From a virus, in IMG/VR virus record IMGVR_UViG_3300025634_000001, positions 41,738 to 105,737 of that record: 64,000 nucleotides of DNA. The stretch is one strand, 5' to 3'. The notes under the pieces are model-generated. The model was given only the letters and a program-made list of their open reading frames with translations, had not been told where the DNA came from and ran no database searches. Of the stretch, positions 46,570-58,495 are shown piece after piece. Every line of letters starts with the position of its first letter. Position 1 is the stretch's first letter. The position numbers and the translations under genes are program-made.

Positions 46570-47100
46570 GTGACGAATCAACGCCAGCCAACGGTAACCC
46601 CTGAATCCGGGGACTCCCCCGGCATGCGGGACGAGTACGCCGGCGAACCGGAACGCGTCCTCGCCGCCCGGGTCCGCGAGATCCGGGAGAAGCTCGGCAT
46701 GACCCAGGCCGAAGTCGCCAGGGGAATGACCGCGCAGGGGCTCGCCATGCTGCAGAGCACCATCGCCAAGATAGAGGCCTGCCAGCGGCCCGTACGCCTC
46801 AACGAGGCCGTCCGCCTCGCCGCCGTGCTCCGCACCCAGCTGGACGACCTCATGACCGACCCCCGCCAGCGGGACATGCAGGACGCCCTCGCCGCAGCGA
46901 GGGACGAGGAACGGGAGCTGCTCGGGCAGCTTCTCCAGGCAACCCACCGGCTCGAGCAGCGCCGCGCCGCGCTCGACGCCGCCGGGCATGCCGTGCGCGA
47001 GTCGGCCGCCCAGGTCGAGGAACTGCAAGACCTGTACGCGCAAGCCCAGTACACGACCGGGATGCTGATCGCAGCCGGCGACGAGAGGAACGAACCGTGA
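46570..47100 (+). CDS. XRE-family repressor with coiled-coil tail
   Basis: RVREIRE..GMTQAEVA..QSTIAKIE..R; TAATAT just upstream of GTG suggests a leaderless start. Confidence 0.8.
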   Translation: MTNQRQPTVTPESGDSPGMRDEYAGEPERVLAARVREIREKLGMTQAEVARGMTAQGLAMLQSTIAKIEACQRPVRLNEAVRLAAVLRTQLDDLMTDPRQRDMQDALAAARDEERELLGQLLQATHRLEQRRAALDAAGHAVRESAAQVEELQDLYAQAQYTTGMLIAAGDERNEP

Positions 47101-48323
47101 GCCATGTCGAGGACCGGTGGTTCACCACCGTCAAGGACGAGAACGGCAAGGCCGGCAAGGAACGCAGCGCACGGCACGGCAACGGCCGGCGCTGGCGGGC
47201 CCGGTACGAGGACCCGGACGGGCGGGAGCGGAACCGCAGCTTCGCCACGAAGGTGATGGCCGAGAACTTCCTCACCGAGGTCGAGCACTCCAAGCTCGCC
47301 GGTTCCTACCGTGATCCCGACGCCGGGAGGGTGAGCCTGCGGAAGTACGCGGAGGGGTGGGTGGATGCCTATCATGCCGACTCCGCCCGCGGCGAGCAGA
47401 TCCGCCGGCAGCTCCGGCTCCACATCCTGCCGGGCCTCGGCGCTCACCCCCTGGCTCAGCTCAGCCAGCGGCCGAGCATCATCGGGAAATTCTTGCAGGG
47501 GCTGCCCATGACGCCGGCAGGGCAGAGCCAGGTCCGCATCACCCTGTCCAGCCTTCTCGGCACGGCACTGGAGGACGGCCTGATCGCCCGGAATCCGTGC
47601 GAGGCCAAGGTGGCGAAGATCCAGCTCCCGCCGAGGCGCAAGCTCATCCCGTGGACATCCGCCCAGATCTCCGAGCTCCGCGCCGGGCTGCCCGAGCAGT
47701 GGCGGGCCGTGGCCGACTGCGGGTCAGGGCTCGGGCTGCGGCAGGGGGAGATATTCGGCCTGGCTGAAGATGCTGCCGGGCTGCTGAAGCGGCGAGCGCG
47801 GATCGTGCGGCAGGTAACGCGGATCAACGGGCGCCTGTGGTTCTCGCTGCCGAAGGGAGATAAGGAGCGGGACGTGCCGCTGCCCGAGTGGGTCAGGTTC
47901 GCGCTGGCCGCCCACATGGAGCGCTTCCCTCCCGTGGAGGTGACGCTGCCGTGGAATGACCCCAAGAACCTGAAGCGGCACGGGAAGCCGGTTACCGTCG
48001 CGCTGCTGTTCACTAAGAACGGCGGCCCGATGATGCACTCGACGTTCAACACGATGGCGTGGCGGCCGGCCCGGAACGCGGCGGGCATGACCGAGGGCGG
48101 GCTGCATCAGCTGCGCCACTTCTACGCCTCGACTCTTCTCGCCGGAGGGGTTGACATCAAGGCAGTGTCGGAGTATCTGGGCCACCATGACGCGTCGGTG
48201 ACGCTGAGGGTTTACGCGCACCTGATGCCGGTGGCCGAGGGGCGTGCCCTGAGGGCGATCGAGGCCGCTTTTGAGGCCGATGACGGCCCCGTGACGGCCC
48301 CTGAGGCAGAAAGTGGCCCCTGA
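47097..48323 (+). CDS. int: tyrosine integrase
   Basis: GLRQGE, K, HQLRHFYAS, LGH, TLRVYAH. Confidence 0.95.
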   Translation: MSHVEDRWFTTVKDENGKAGKERSARHGNGRRWRARYEDPDGRERNRSFATKVMAENFLTEVEHSKLAGSYRDPDAGRVSLRKYAEGWVDAYHADSARGEQIRRQLRLHILPGLGAHPLAQLSQRPSIIGKFLQGLPMTPAGQSQVRITLSSLLGTALEDGLIARNPCEAKVAKIQLPPRRKLIPWTSAQISELRAGLPEQWRAVADCGSGLGLRQGEIFGLAEDAAGLLKRRARIVRQVTRINGRLWFSLPKGDKERDVPLPEWVRFALAAHMERFPPVEVTLPWNDPKNLKRHGKPVTVALLFTKNGGPMMHSTFNTMAWRPARNAAGMTEGGLHQLRHFYASTLLAGGVDIKAVSEYLGHHDASVTLRVYAHLMPVAEGRALRAIEAAFEADDGPVTAPEAESGP

Positions 48324-48477
48324 CCTGCAATGCCATCGGTAGGAGTGGTTCTTGTGCGGCTTCCGGCCCCGCCTGCGGCCCGATCCGGGGTGCCGTTCTG
48401 GCCTGCAACTTCAGACGTTGGCTAGCGTTGGAAACGTTGGGGCGGGTTAGGCGCTGTCACGTCCCCCCGACGGCCCC
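48282..48477. other. attP region
   Basis: Arm-type GACGGCCCC at 48282, 48293 and 48469 (plus degenerate CACGTCCCC at 48458) flanking non-coding DNA. Confidence 0.6.
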
Positions 48478-48597
48478 AGTCCGGACCGGCCTCCGCCGGC
48501 GTCCTGTCCCCGTGATGCCACCGGAACGGATGAGCCCAGAGATTCCACCGGGCCACATGAGGCCACTGGGTGGGCCGGTCCGGATGAGTCCTGCCGG

Positions 48598-48807
48598 TCA
48601 AACAGTCCAGCGCATCACCCAGTACGGCAGCGCAGGCGAGTCCAGCGGGTGCCGCGGCGAAAGGTCAACGTCGATCACCGGACGGCGGGCCACAACCCTG
48701 GTGAGCGCCGCCCCGAGGAGCGCCGCGGCGCCGATGTCGAGTTCCCCGGAGAGCTCGACGACGACGAGCCTGCGGGGATCGCGGGCGGACAGCTCCGTGC
48801 CGGTCAT
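48598..48807 (-). pseudogene. truncated STAS anti-anti-sigma factor
   Basis: VVVELSGELDIG..L..AL..IDVDLS...LDS, then apparent frameshift. Confidence 0.6.
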
Positions 48808-48976
48808 GGGCGTCCTTCCTTGCTGGGCGGCAAGGCGGGGTCCGGGCCGTGCGTCGGGTGTGGGACGGGATGCTACTGCATCGCGCGGAGGGGCGGAAGA
48901 GATGCAGCGAGGGCAGGGAGCAGGGCGAGGCAAATTGTCCCGTTTCCGGGAATCGGCTGGCGCGGCAGCCGTGAGG

Positions 48977-49675
48977 TCAGGCTAGCGGAGTAGCGGCCCG
49001 GACTTGCGCTAGGCGTTCCCTCGTCACGTCGGCCGCGTCATCCATGCTCGCCTCGTACTCGCGGATCACGCCGAGGATCGCCGCCTCGCTGGCCGGTCGC
49101 AGATCCCAGGCGTCAAGCCCGGCATGGACCTCCCGGCCGCGCGGATGCGGTTTGCCTGGCCCTCCGGTCGCGGGATCCATGATCGTCAGATAGCGCGGGT
49201 GCGGCCCGAGCCGGTTCTGCAGGTGGGTGTGGCCGTGGATCAGCCACGCGCCCTCGTCCCGCAGCCGGTACTGCGTGGCCCGGTCCTCGCCGACGTGATC
49301 GCCCTCGTAGGGGAAGTGTGACAGCAGCACCTGGCGCCCGTCGATGCGTATCCGCGCGAACGCCTGCACCGACTCGAAGACCTCGAGCCAGCGGCGCTGA
49401 TGCTTCCGCGAGTCCCGGTGACCCGGCCAGCATGCGTCGTGGTTGCCGGTGATGAGCTGCTTGCGCCCGTTCAGCCGCGCGGCCTGCTCGAGTATCAGCG
49501 TCTCGCTACCGAGGCCTACGTCTCCCAGATGCCACACGAGGTCATCGGGGCGCACCATCTCGTTCCATCGGTCGATGATGGCCTCGTCGTGCTCCTCTGG
49601 GGTGTCGAAGCCACGCAGGGCCGCCACGAACCGGTGAAGGAAGTGGCTATCCGACGAGAACCAGACTGCGCTCAC
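48977..49675 (-). CDS. calcineurin-like metallophosphoesterase
   Basis: SDSHF.H, LGD, GNHD, LSHFP, HGHTH. Confidence 0.92.
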   Translation of the reverse strand: MSAVWFSSDSHFLHRFVAALRGFDTPEEHDEAIIDRWNEMVRPDDLVWHLGDVGLGSETLILEQAARLNGRKQLITGNHDACWPGHRDSRKHQRRWLEVFESVQAFARIRIDGRQVLLSHFPYEGDHVGEDRATQYRLRDEGAWLIHGHTHLQNRLGPHPRYLTIMDPATGGPGKPHPRGREVHAGLDAWDLRPASEAAILGVIREYEASMDDAADVTRERLAQVRAATPLA

Positions 49676-52600
49676 GATCTCTCATTCCCCGTCTCCAGGC
49701 CGGCCAGCATCGCGCCCGCGGTCCCCCGGTCGGTAACCTGCTCACGGCGGATCGTGAACTGCTCGCTCGTGCAGTAGCGGTCCACGTTGCCGCCCACGTG
49801 CTCGAGGAGGTCTCCCGGTCCGGGCTTCACGCGGCGGCGGTGGGCGGTGCACACGATGGTGATGGTCCCGGGCTCAGGCACCGCCGGCCGCCTCGTTCGC
49901 TTCCTTCATCGCTGCTGCGAGCTCGTCCAGCCGTCCCCGGAGAGCACCGACCGCGCGGGCGTGAAGCTCGCGATCCTCAGGCGTGTACATGTTCACGTGC
50001 TCCAGCATCTGGAGGGCGTGGTCGGCGATCAGGCCGAGCTGGACCATGATGCCGTGGTCGGTGTCGATGTGCTCGCGGAGCCGGGCGATCTCCGTCATCA
50101 CGTCCTCGCTGGCGTATTCAGCCATGCTCGGCACCTTCCCCTCCGCGCAGCTCGCGCCAGTCCGGCAGTGCCTCGCCTCGCTCGATCCGCCTCAGGCTGA
50201 TGTCCATGCTTCCCCACGGGCCCGCGTTCCCGGAGCACTGGCGGTTCACGTGGTGAAGGTGCAGGATCTCGCGGGCCATCCTGCGGCATACTTCGCGCTC
50301 GATGAGCGGATAGGCAGCAGCGACGGCAGCCTCGGCCAGCGCCCCGGAATCGCCGGCCACTACGCGATCCTGGCCGAAGTCGACAGCCGTGCCGATGATA
50401 GCGGCCTCGGCCGCGTCCCGGATCTTACGGGAGAGCCTAGGCTTCTGTTCAGCTTCCATCGCCAGCCCCCCCGGTCAGCTCGCGGGTGATGGCCTCGCGG
50501 ACGTCGCCGACAGTCAGGACGCGCTCGCGGTGCCGGTCGTTGCCTGTGCTGTCGCGGGTCAGCGCCAGTACCGCGTCTACAGCAGACAGGAGGCGGAGCG
50601 CGTTGTGGCCGAGACAGGACACCCGGACCTCTGCGCAGTCCTCATCGGAGTCGATGATGAAGCCCTCGGCGTCGGCCCGGATACCGGCCAGGATGGCGGT
50701 CAGGTCGTCACTCACAGGTGCTCACCTCACTGAAAGCTTCTGGGTGTGCGTCCTTGAACGTCTGCCACTTCGCCGGAACCAGGTCGTTGATCTTGTCGAG
50801 CACCTGCTCGAGGCTCAGGCGCTCGTCGCTGTTCCAGGGCGGGATCATGCACGGGCCGGTCTGCCATGACGCGCGCCGGTAGCACCAGCCGCCCTTGGCG
50901 CGCTTCTGCAGGATGACCGTGTTCGTCGTCCCGTCGACGTCGAGCGGGCGCTTGCGCATCCCGGCTTTCCAGTTCTCGTTGTAATAGAGCATGCGGTACT
51001 CGATGTAGGCCACGACCTGGCGGACCTCGGCGTCGTCAGGACGCAGCGACGGGTAGAGATCCTGGCCGGCCGGGGAGTCGGGGCAGAGCAGCGCCACCTC
51101 GTACTTCCATCCGGGCCACGGGCTGCCGACAACAGGGATTCGTAGCGCGGCCAGCGGGTCATCCTGGTAGGCATCGAACGGCCATGCGGCGGTCTCGGTG
51201 TCCATGCTCTATTCCTTTCCCGCCCTGGGGGCGGATGGCTGATCGGCTCGTGCGTTCAGCACGGCAAGGCACTCCAGGCAGTCGGGCTTGCCTTCGCTTG
51301 CTGCCGCCCCTCATGGTCACGACGTAGCCACACAAGGTCGGGTCGTTGAGTGCTTCCGGGTCCGGTTCGGCACCGGCAGGGAGCGCGCACCAGCCGTCGC
51401 GGTGGTGGACGATCCAGGGCTTCGCGCTCATGTCGCTACTCCTGCCCCGTAGTGCTGACCGGCCCACGTCGCGGCGTCATCGTCCCGGCAGTCCTCAGTG
51501 CAGAACGGGTGGCCGGACTGGTCAGTCACCGGAGTGCCTGTGATGGGCTCGTCGCAGCGGCAGACGGGGACCAGGCGCAGGCGCCCGCTCTCGCGCCACG
51601 CCGAGCCGCGGGAGTCCAGCAGGAATAGCTGCTCGTTCCCGTCGCCGAACCGGGCAGTGACGGAGCACAGGCGGGCCTCGGTCACGGTGCCGTAGTGGAC
51701 GGCTCCGGACTCAAGCGGGTTTCCTGCGTCTTCGTGCTCTACTGCGGCTACTTCCTGGTGCTGGCGGAAGGGGGTGAGGTCCAGCAGCTTGACGCGGTTG
51801 TCGTGGGCGATGATGTAGGGCATCGGGTCTGCGGGGTGAAGGGTGGTCATGGCTTATGCCTCCGTCTTCGTGGTGACGATGAGCCGGCAGGCCTGCGCGT
51901 CGGTCTCGACCGCGTAGCCGTGCATGCTGAGTACCCGCTCGTATCTGGCGAGGTGCATCAGGCGGTGCTCGTTGCTGGTGCCCATCGAGACGGACGAGTA
52001 GCGGACCTCTACGTCAGGTCCGGCGCCGTACTTCGAGACGCTATAGCCGGACACGCCGCCGCGCAGCAGCGAGATAGCGCGAACGAATCCGGCTTTCCGG
52101 AGCAAGGCGCTGATGGCCTGCGGGGTGGGGGCATTGGTCACGGATCAGCCCTCCTCGGTCGGCTGGAAGGCGGACAGCGCGTCCATTACCTCAATGTCAC
52201 GGGCCAGCTTCAAGGCGTCGTCCAGAACCGACCGCAAGCGCGGAGTGCGGGCCCGGTCCAGATCCTGCAAGATGTAGCCCGCGTTGGCCAGAAGCCTCTC
52301 GGCGGCCTCCTGTACTGCCAGCGCCCGCGTCAGGTACGCATCGCGCGCAAGGCCGGGAGGGGTGACGGGGTGCGGGGCGCTCATGGCTCAGGCCGCCTTT
52401 CCGGCGTCGTAGCGGGCCGTGTCGAAGTAGCGGACGCCGGCCCTCTCGCTGGCGGGGGTGATCGCGTACTGACCGGCCAGCAGCAGGCCGACCGTGATCC
52501 GCACCTCGCTGCCGTTGCTGGAGACGGCCAGATGGCAGCGGTTGATGTCGGCGTGGTCGTGCTGCTGCGGGGTCATGACGACGGCGGGGAAGCTGATCCG

Positions 52601-53188
52601 CCGGCCGGAGACTTCTACGGAGTCGCCGCGCTGGAAGCTGGCGAGGTGGGCGTAGGCGTCCTCGGCCCGGGTGAGCTTGGTGTCTGTGGTGGTGGTCACG
52701 GGGTCAGGCCCTCTCGTTCGCCGCGCGCATTGCGTTGAGCATCTGGCGCTTCTCGGCCTCAAGCTTGTTCTGGTCAATACCGGCCCACTCGGCGAGCAAG
52801 TCGCGGATGCTCGCGTCGAACTGGCGCGGGAAGTTCATGCCATCGACGTAATGGGCCAGGAAGGCTCCCTTGCCCTCCAGCCATTCCATGAACTCGCCGA
52901 TGGCCTGCGTTTGCTCAGCGACCGCAGACAGCTTGTCGTGCTCGGGGTAGTCGCTCATGGCTAGGCCTCCATCGCGGCGAGGTGGTCGGCCATCTCGTGG
53001 CCGCTGTGGCGGGTCCAGCCGCAGGTGCACCACGGCGGCAGGCCGCCCGCTGCCGGCACGGTGGCCACGTGCTCTTCCATGAAGTGCTCGGGGCTGACGA
53101 TCGGGTTGCCGTAGTAGTTGAGGGTCAGCGAGTCGTCGGTGTTGTGCTCGTAAGCCCATTCAGGATACTTGCCAGTCGCGCTTGCCAT
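49672..53188 (-). other. run of small early hypothetical genes
   Basis: Closely packed ORFs 49672-49881, 49874-50125, 50118-50459, 50449-50715, 50708-51205, 51428-51850, 51854-52141, 52145-52384, 52388-52699, 52704-52958, 52961-53188. Confidence 0.7.
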
Positions 53189-53194
53189 ATGAGA

Positions 53195-53224
53195 AACGTA
53201 CCAGCCTCTACCCGCGCTTGTCAA
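53195..53224 (-). promoter_or_regulatory. promoter for a leaderless early operon
   Basis: TTGACA-18-TACGTT, 6 nt before ATG 53188. Confidence 0.8.
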
Positions 53225-53245
53225 CTGGGGAGTACAATCGGTGAC

Positions 53246-53440
53246 ATGGAATACGACACGCGCCACGTCCTCGGCGCGCATGAGATCGGTGAGCTGCTGG
53301 GCGTGACCCGTTCGCGCGCCAACCAGCTCTCCCGCGAGGTCGGCTTTCCGAAGCCGCTCGGAGTGCTGCACATGGGCAAGGTCTGGAGACGCGCCGACAT
53401 CGAGAAATGGATGGGCAGGCGCAAGGCCCCGGCCGGCTAG
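53246..53440 (+). CDS. AlpA-like HTH regulator
   Basis: LGAHEIGELLGVTRSRANQL....FPKP...GKVW...DIEKW; TACAAT 7 nt upstream. Confidence 0.8.
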   Translation: MEYDTRHVLGAHEIGELLGVTRSRANQLSREVGFPKPLGVLHMGKVWRRADIEKWMGRRKAPAG

Positions 53441-53587
53441 CCCGCAGCTGTCCCCGACAGAAAACGACAGGACCGGCGCCCAACCGCAAAGAAGAACGCC
53501 GGCCCTGCCCACTCCCTTCTCAAGGAGCGTGCTCAGTATGCCATTTGACCCTGCCCGGACTCCGCGCGCCGTCAGGGAGTTACCGGG

Positions 53588-54112
53588 GTGGCTTGCGGCC
53601 TTGGCCTGCCCGATGCACAGGACTGCGCCGCTGATCACTGGTCGCTCGCACTAGACGGACGCCGCGAGCCGAACGGGCAGTGGCGTGCGCCGTGCCCTGT
53701 TCCCGGCTGCGGCACGCTGCGGTCTCTGGAATACGACGCACCGGGCAAGCATGTGCGGTGGAAGTCATGGTGTGGCGAGCATGACAAGGAAGCGGTGCGC
53801 CCGCACCTTGCCCGGCTCATCGGCTCTTGCATGCCCGGAGGCAGCCGCCGCGAGGTGATCAGCCATGACGAACTTATCGAACTGGCGCTAGCCGGCGTGC
53901 CGCCCATGACCATGAAGCTGATGATGCTGCGGCTGGCCGGACTCGGCACGATCGAAGCACTCGACAAGCTCGGCGTACGGCCCGACCATCGGGCGCGGGT
54001 CATCGGAGGCCGCACGGGCGGCGCGCCCAAACGGGCGCGGAACCGCAGGTCGTTACTCACGCCCAAATGGGCGGGCTGCAATACGCCCAAATGGGCGCGG
54101 GATCGCAGGTAA
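53588..54112 (+). CDS. hypothetical protein with primase-type Zn-ribbon-like N-terminus
   Basis: GQWRAPCP...C..SL..W..WC..H. Confidence 0.5.
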   Translation: MACGLGLPDAQDCAADHWSLALDGRREPNGQWRAPCPVPGCGTLRSLEYDAPGKHVRWKSWCGEHDKEAVRPHLARLIGSCMPGGSRREVISHDELIELALAGVPPMTMKLMMLRLAGLGTIEALDKLGVRPDHRARVIGGRTGGAPKRARNRRSLLTPKWAGCNTPKWARDRR

Positions 54113-54207
54113 ATCGAGGGATGTTCTGGCTTGCTTCCTGCTGCTACTCTCATCCCGCCGGTAGGCGGCGTAAGGACTAGGCTCGGCAGCGAAGGGAGGT
54201 GAGAGTC

Positions 54208-54366
54208 ATGGGCAACATCACGGTGAGCAGGTACGACCACCCGGCCGACGTGGGCTATCAGGGCTGGATCGAACCGGACGACCGGAGCTGGATCGCATTC
54301 GTGGCCAGCGACGGGAGCCCGGTCGTGTTCCTGAACCGCGACCCGGAAACCGGCGCGGTAGCGTGA
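54208..54366 (+). CDS. small hypothetical protein (52 aa)
   Basis: GGAGG RBS; not in the ORF track. Confidence 0.6.
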   Translation: MGNITVSRYDHPADVGYQGWIEPDDRSWIAFVASDGSPVVFLNRDPETGAVA

Positions 54367-54425
54367 CCGGCTGGCCGCTGCGGGACGAGCAGCGCGCCAG
54401 TACCCCGTGGCTGATCCTCCCGCGC

Positions 54426-54659
54426 TCACCTGACCAGATCCTCAAGCTTGATGTGCAGGATCTGGGCCAGCAGCGCCAGCCGGGTTATGGCCATCTCCTG
54501 ATTGCCCCGCTCCAGGTTCGCCACGCTGGAGCGGTGTATGCACGCGCGGTCGGCTAGCTCCTGCTGCGTCATGCCCGCATCCGTGCGTGCCGCAGCGATG
54601 CGCCGGCCGATCTTTATCAGCAGTTCCGACTCGCGCCAGGTCCCGAGGATCACAGGCAT
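54426..54659 (-). CDS. XRE HTH regulator
   Basis: IGRRIAAAR..AGMTQQELA...RSSVANLERG. Confidence 0.85.
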   Translation of the reverse strand: MPVILGTWRESELLIKIGRRIAAARTDAGMTQQELADRACIHRSSVANLERGNQEMAITRLALLAQILHIKLEDLVR

Positions 54660-54714
54660 GATGCACTCATCCTGTCGTCGGCATCATCCGGCTCATAGGG
54701 ATCAGGCAGCGCGC

Positions 54715-57514
54715 TCACTCCGTCCACCATGGCCCGCCCGACTCCAGCCGTTCCCCGATCACAGCGCGCAGCTCGGCCACGGTGTCAGCCTTGACCTCGC
54801 GGGCGAACCCCACGATGCCCGGCCGCTGCCACAGGTACGCCCGCCACTTCCGGGTGTGCATCTGGAGGCAGACGCCAACCTGAACCCCGTCCGCCATGAT
54901 CCGCCGTGCTCCCGGCTCACGGGCCGGGAGCGTGAGCTTCACGGGGCGGTCAGGCGGCACGACTGGCCTCCGTCGTCGCTGCGTCTCTAGCCGCCAGCCT
55001 CCGCACCTCGTACCGTTCCGCCGTCCTCAGGCTCACTCCCAGCCGTGCAGCCGCTACCTCCAACGTGGCACCCCATGAGCGGAGCCACGCGTAATCCTCG
55101 GTCCTCGCGGGCAGGGTGCGGCCCCACGGGCGCACAGGCGGCGGCGGGCCGTCCGCGGGGAAATCCGCGGCCTTCCACCGGTTCCAGCAGTTGGGGCACA
55201 GTCCGTGAGCGCAGCCGCCGCGACGGGGGACGACGACACCGGGGCAGGTGCGGCAGTCCATCACGCGACTCCGGGGAACCTGAGCTGTCCGGCCGCCTCA
55301 AGCTCGGCAGGAGACGGCGGCGGCGGGGTTCCCCCTTCGGCGTCGCCGTAGCAGTACGCCTTGTCCGGCACACCGGTCGTCCAGCCGTCCGCGGTCATCC
55401 ACGTCATGAGCGAGTCCGCGCTGCCGTAGTGCTCGCCTCCGCTGTCCTCGTCGGAGTAAGTCTCTTCACAGCCCGGCGAGTCGCATTCCGCGATCCAGCA
55501 CGGGCTTTCCCCCTGCTCGGGCCGGACGCGCTCAAGATCGGCGAGATCGCGCGGATCCGGGCCGCGCTCCTTGCGGAGTTCTGCGAGAGCTTCGCTCGCT
55601 TCGGCCCACGTCTTGTGGTGCGGGATGCCGCAGTCGCTGTCACCCCACGGGTTCGGTTCGAGCGTCCAGCAGCGGTCCTTGAGCTGGTGAATGGTCACGA
55701 GGTCTCCGTTCTCGCCGCGTCTTGCAGCGCGCCTTTCATCGCCAGCGGCATGCGGAGCTCGCTGTTGCTCCGGTCGTGCCGGCACACCATGCACAGCCAC
55801 ACGCCCCGCGCCGGGCACCATGCCACCTCGAAGACGCCGCCGCATGTCCCGCAGTGAGCGGTCAGCGCCTCCAGCGGGTCATCAGGCATCGGGATCGACC
55901 TCACCGTCTCTTGCGTCGCGCTCAGCGCAGTACCGCTCGATGTCCGCGATGGCGACGTGGGCCAATTCCGGAACTCCTGCGCCGACGGCCCAGATCCACC
56001 GCTCCAGCACGTTCGGGAACGTCTCCGGGGCGCGGTAGAGGTAATCGGGTCCGTAAAAGGCGCGGAAGTAGCGTTGCGCGTGACCGCGGATCGTGGCTGC
56101 TTCGGATTCGGCCTCAGTCGCCTTTGCCTTCAGGTCGCCCAGCGCGTTGCTCCAGCAGCATCCGCCGGCTTCCTCGCACTCGTCTTCGCTGCGTCCGCAC
56201 CAGCAGTTGGCGGCGTCGAGTTCGTCTAGCAGTTCAGCCACGGTCATCCCCCTCGGCGCCGACGCGCCTTCCTGGCGGCGGCGTGTGCCTGTAATGCTCC
56301 GTGAGTGCGCCTACGGCCGAGACAGGCGAGACCGGGGCGATCGTCAGGCGCCGTCCCGCAAACCGCGTCTCGCGCGTCCTGCCGTCGTGATCGACCGGCC
56401 GCAGTTCCTCCCGCTCATGGTCGGCAGCCAGCAGGTTCAGCGCCTCGATCAGCGCCGGGAGGCTGACGGAGATCTCCGCGATCTCCGTGTGCTTCTCGCT
56501 CAGGTGGTCCTGCTCGACGCTGCAGATCCGCACGAACACGGTGTCGTCGCATGCGCTGACGTTGAGCACCCTGGCGGGCGGCGAGTACTGCTCCAGGCAT
56601 TCGGCTAGCGAGATCTGGTGGATCACGACCGCGTTCCTTCCTCGGCGCCTTCCAGCACCTTCAGCCCGTCCCGTGCCGCAGCGATCACCTTGCGGTTGGC
56701 GTCCCCCAGGGCAGCGGCCATGTCCAGTGCCTTCCTGACGGCAGCGACGGCGTTCCCGTGCTCGGTGACCATCCGGTCCAGGCGGGCGAGCTCCGCGGCG
56801 GTCCGGCGGGGCGGCTCGGGCTCGGTGCCGATGATGGCCAGGATCGTCCAGCCGCAGACCGCTTCTGTGGCACTGGCGGCCGAACCGTCGTCGGTCGTGG
56901 TCCACTCGCAGGCCTGGCGGCGGGTCTCGGCCAGCTTCGCCCCGTCCGCCTCGCGCACGGCGGCCGCTACAGCCTCACCGATCGCCATGTCGAGCTCTTG
57001 CTGCCAGCGGGGGCGTTCCTCCCAGGGCGGCATGCTGAACCGTTTCCGCCCTTCCGCCTTGGCCCGCTCGGCTTCGCAGGCGAGGCGCTTGGCGTGGACG
57101 ATGCGGCCTAGCGCCTCCCGTCCGGGCGAGGATGCCCCCGCGCGGGCGTCAGGCCGCCCGAGAGCGGCCGGCGCGTCTCGTGCCGTGTCGTCGGGCACGG
57201 AATCGCTAGCGGCGATCTCAGGGCGCTGCTCAGTCATCGCTGCCTCCGTTCAGGGCGTCCCACTCGGCCTTCAGCGCCTCGATCTCGGCGATGATCTCCT
57301 TGGCTTCGGTGAGACGCTTCTCGTCATAGCCGGCCGCCTCATCGATCAGGCGGCCGAGCGGGGTCAGCCGCTTGCCCTCGGTCTCAACCTCGCGCCGCAT
57401 CTCGTTGAGCAGCCATATCCGGTAGTCGATCTCGGCCTGCAGTTCCAGCCAGCGGGGAATGTTAGCCACCGCAGCATCCCTCGTCGCATCCGCACTCGTT
57501 CCGGTCGGCGTCAT
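54715..57514 (-). other. run of small hypothetical genes
   Basis: 54715-54960, 54950-55264 (Cys cluster plus HTH), 55261-55698, 55695-55904, 55882-56247, 56234-56626, 56623-57237, 57230-57514. Confidence 0.65.
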
Positions 57515-57983
57515 CGGTGCCGAGCCTGCAACCGCAGCCGCCAGGACACAGGAGGTCGGTCGCGGGCGCCCATGCCATCACCAGGTGCGCCCAGTCCGGG
57601 TACCACTCGATGTCCGGCAGGGTGTGGAACACATGCTCACGCGGGCCGGCGAGGACCAGGCGCAGACCCAGCCCGATCGCCACACCAAGCTCAACGTGAC
57701 GGCCGCCCTTCCCGCCGCCGCCTTCGGAGGTGAACGAGATCAGCGTGTCAGCGGCAGACAGGTCATCCAGGTCCACGAGAGCGTAGTGAGCGCATGCCGC
57801 CGGGTCCGCGTTCAGCTTCTCGGCGACGACGGATTCGAGCAGGTTCCCGCCGTGCTGGTCGATCCAACGGGACGTGACCTTGTGGCCGAGCGCTTCGAGG
57901 ACGTCGCGTACTCCGCGCATCTCCTCGTTGCGGCTGTAGCGGGCGGCAAGGTAGATCTTGCGGCCCGGTTCGGTGGTGCTCAT
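57462..57983 (-). CDS. nucleoside 2-deoxyribosyltransferase-like protein
   Basis: KIYLAA, D..D...AD, GG.HVELG.A. Confidence 0.75.
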   Translation of the reverse strand: MSTTEPGRKIYLAARYSRNEEMRGVRDVLEALGHKVTSRWIDQHGGNLLESVVAEKLNADPAACAHYALVDLDDLSAADTLISFTSEGGGGKGGRHVELGVAIGLGLRLVLAGPREHVFHTLPDIEWYPDWAHLVMAWAPATDLLCPGGCGCRLGTDDADRNECGCDEGCCGG

Positions 57984-58495
57984 CGGTCGGTCCTTTCGGT
58001 CTCGTGCGGACTGCCACCGCAGGCACAGGCGGGACCGCAGCCGGTGCAGCAGGGGCCGTCGGCGAGCGAGGTCTCCAGGGCAGCAGGCTTGTCGAGTGCC
58101 AGCCGCGCGGTATCCAGTCGGCCGATCTCGTCCACGTCGATGCCGAGCGCGGTCAGGTGCTCCCACAGCCACTCGCCGATCCCGCCGCCGTCGTTCCAGG
58201 CGTCCGCGATCTGCGCAGCGGTGAGCTTTGCGCGATCCGGGTCCGCCTCGGCCAGTGCCAGCAGGGCGTGCGCGGCGGCGAACTGGGCGACGACCTGCGC
58301 GACAGGAATCTCCTGGTCGCTGCGGATGAACGGGGTTACGTTCCGTATCCAGCTGATCTGCGCGCAAACGGCGAGGTAGCGGGCCACGCCTTCGGCCGTG
58401 ATCTCGGTGCCCCATTCAGGCCACGGGGCTATCTCGGCCAGTCGGTCGCGGATCTGCTTCGCGCGGTCCGCTTCGGTCGTTTCGGTGGTGCTCAT
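57980..58495 (-). CDS. hypothetical protein
   Basis: GAAGGA RBS, ATGA overlap. Confidence 0.65.
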   Translation of the reverse strand: MSTTETTEADRAKQIRDRLAEIAPWPEWGTEITAEGVARYLAVCAQISWIRNVTPFIRSDQEIPVAQVVAQFAAAHALLALAEADPDRAKLTAAQIADAWNDGGGIGEWLWEHLTALGIDVDEIGRLDTARLALDKPAALETSLADGPCCTGCGPACACGGSPHETERTDR

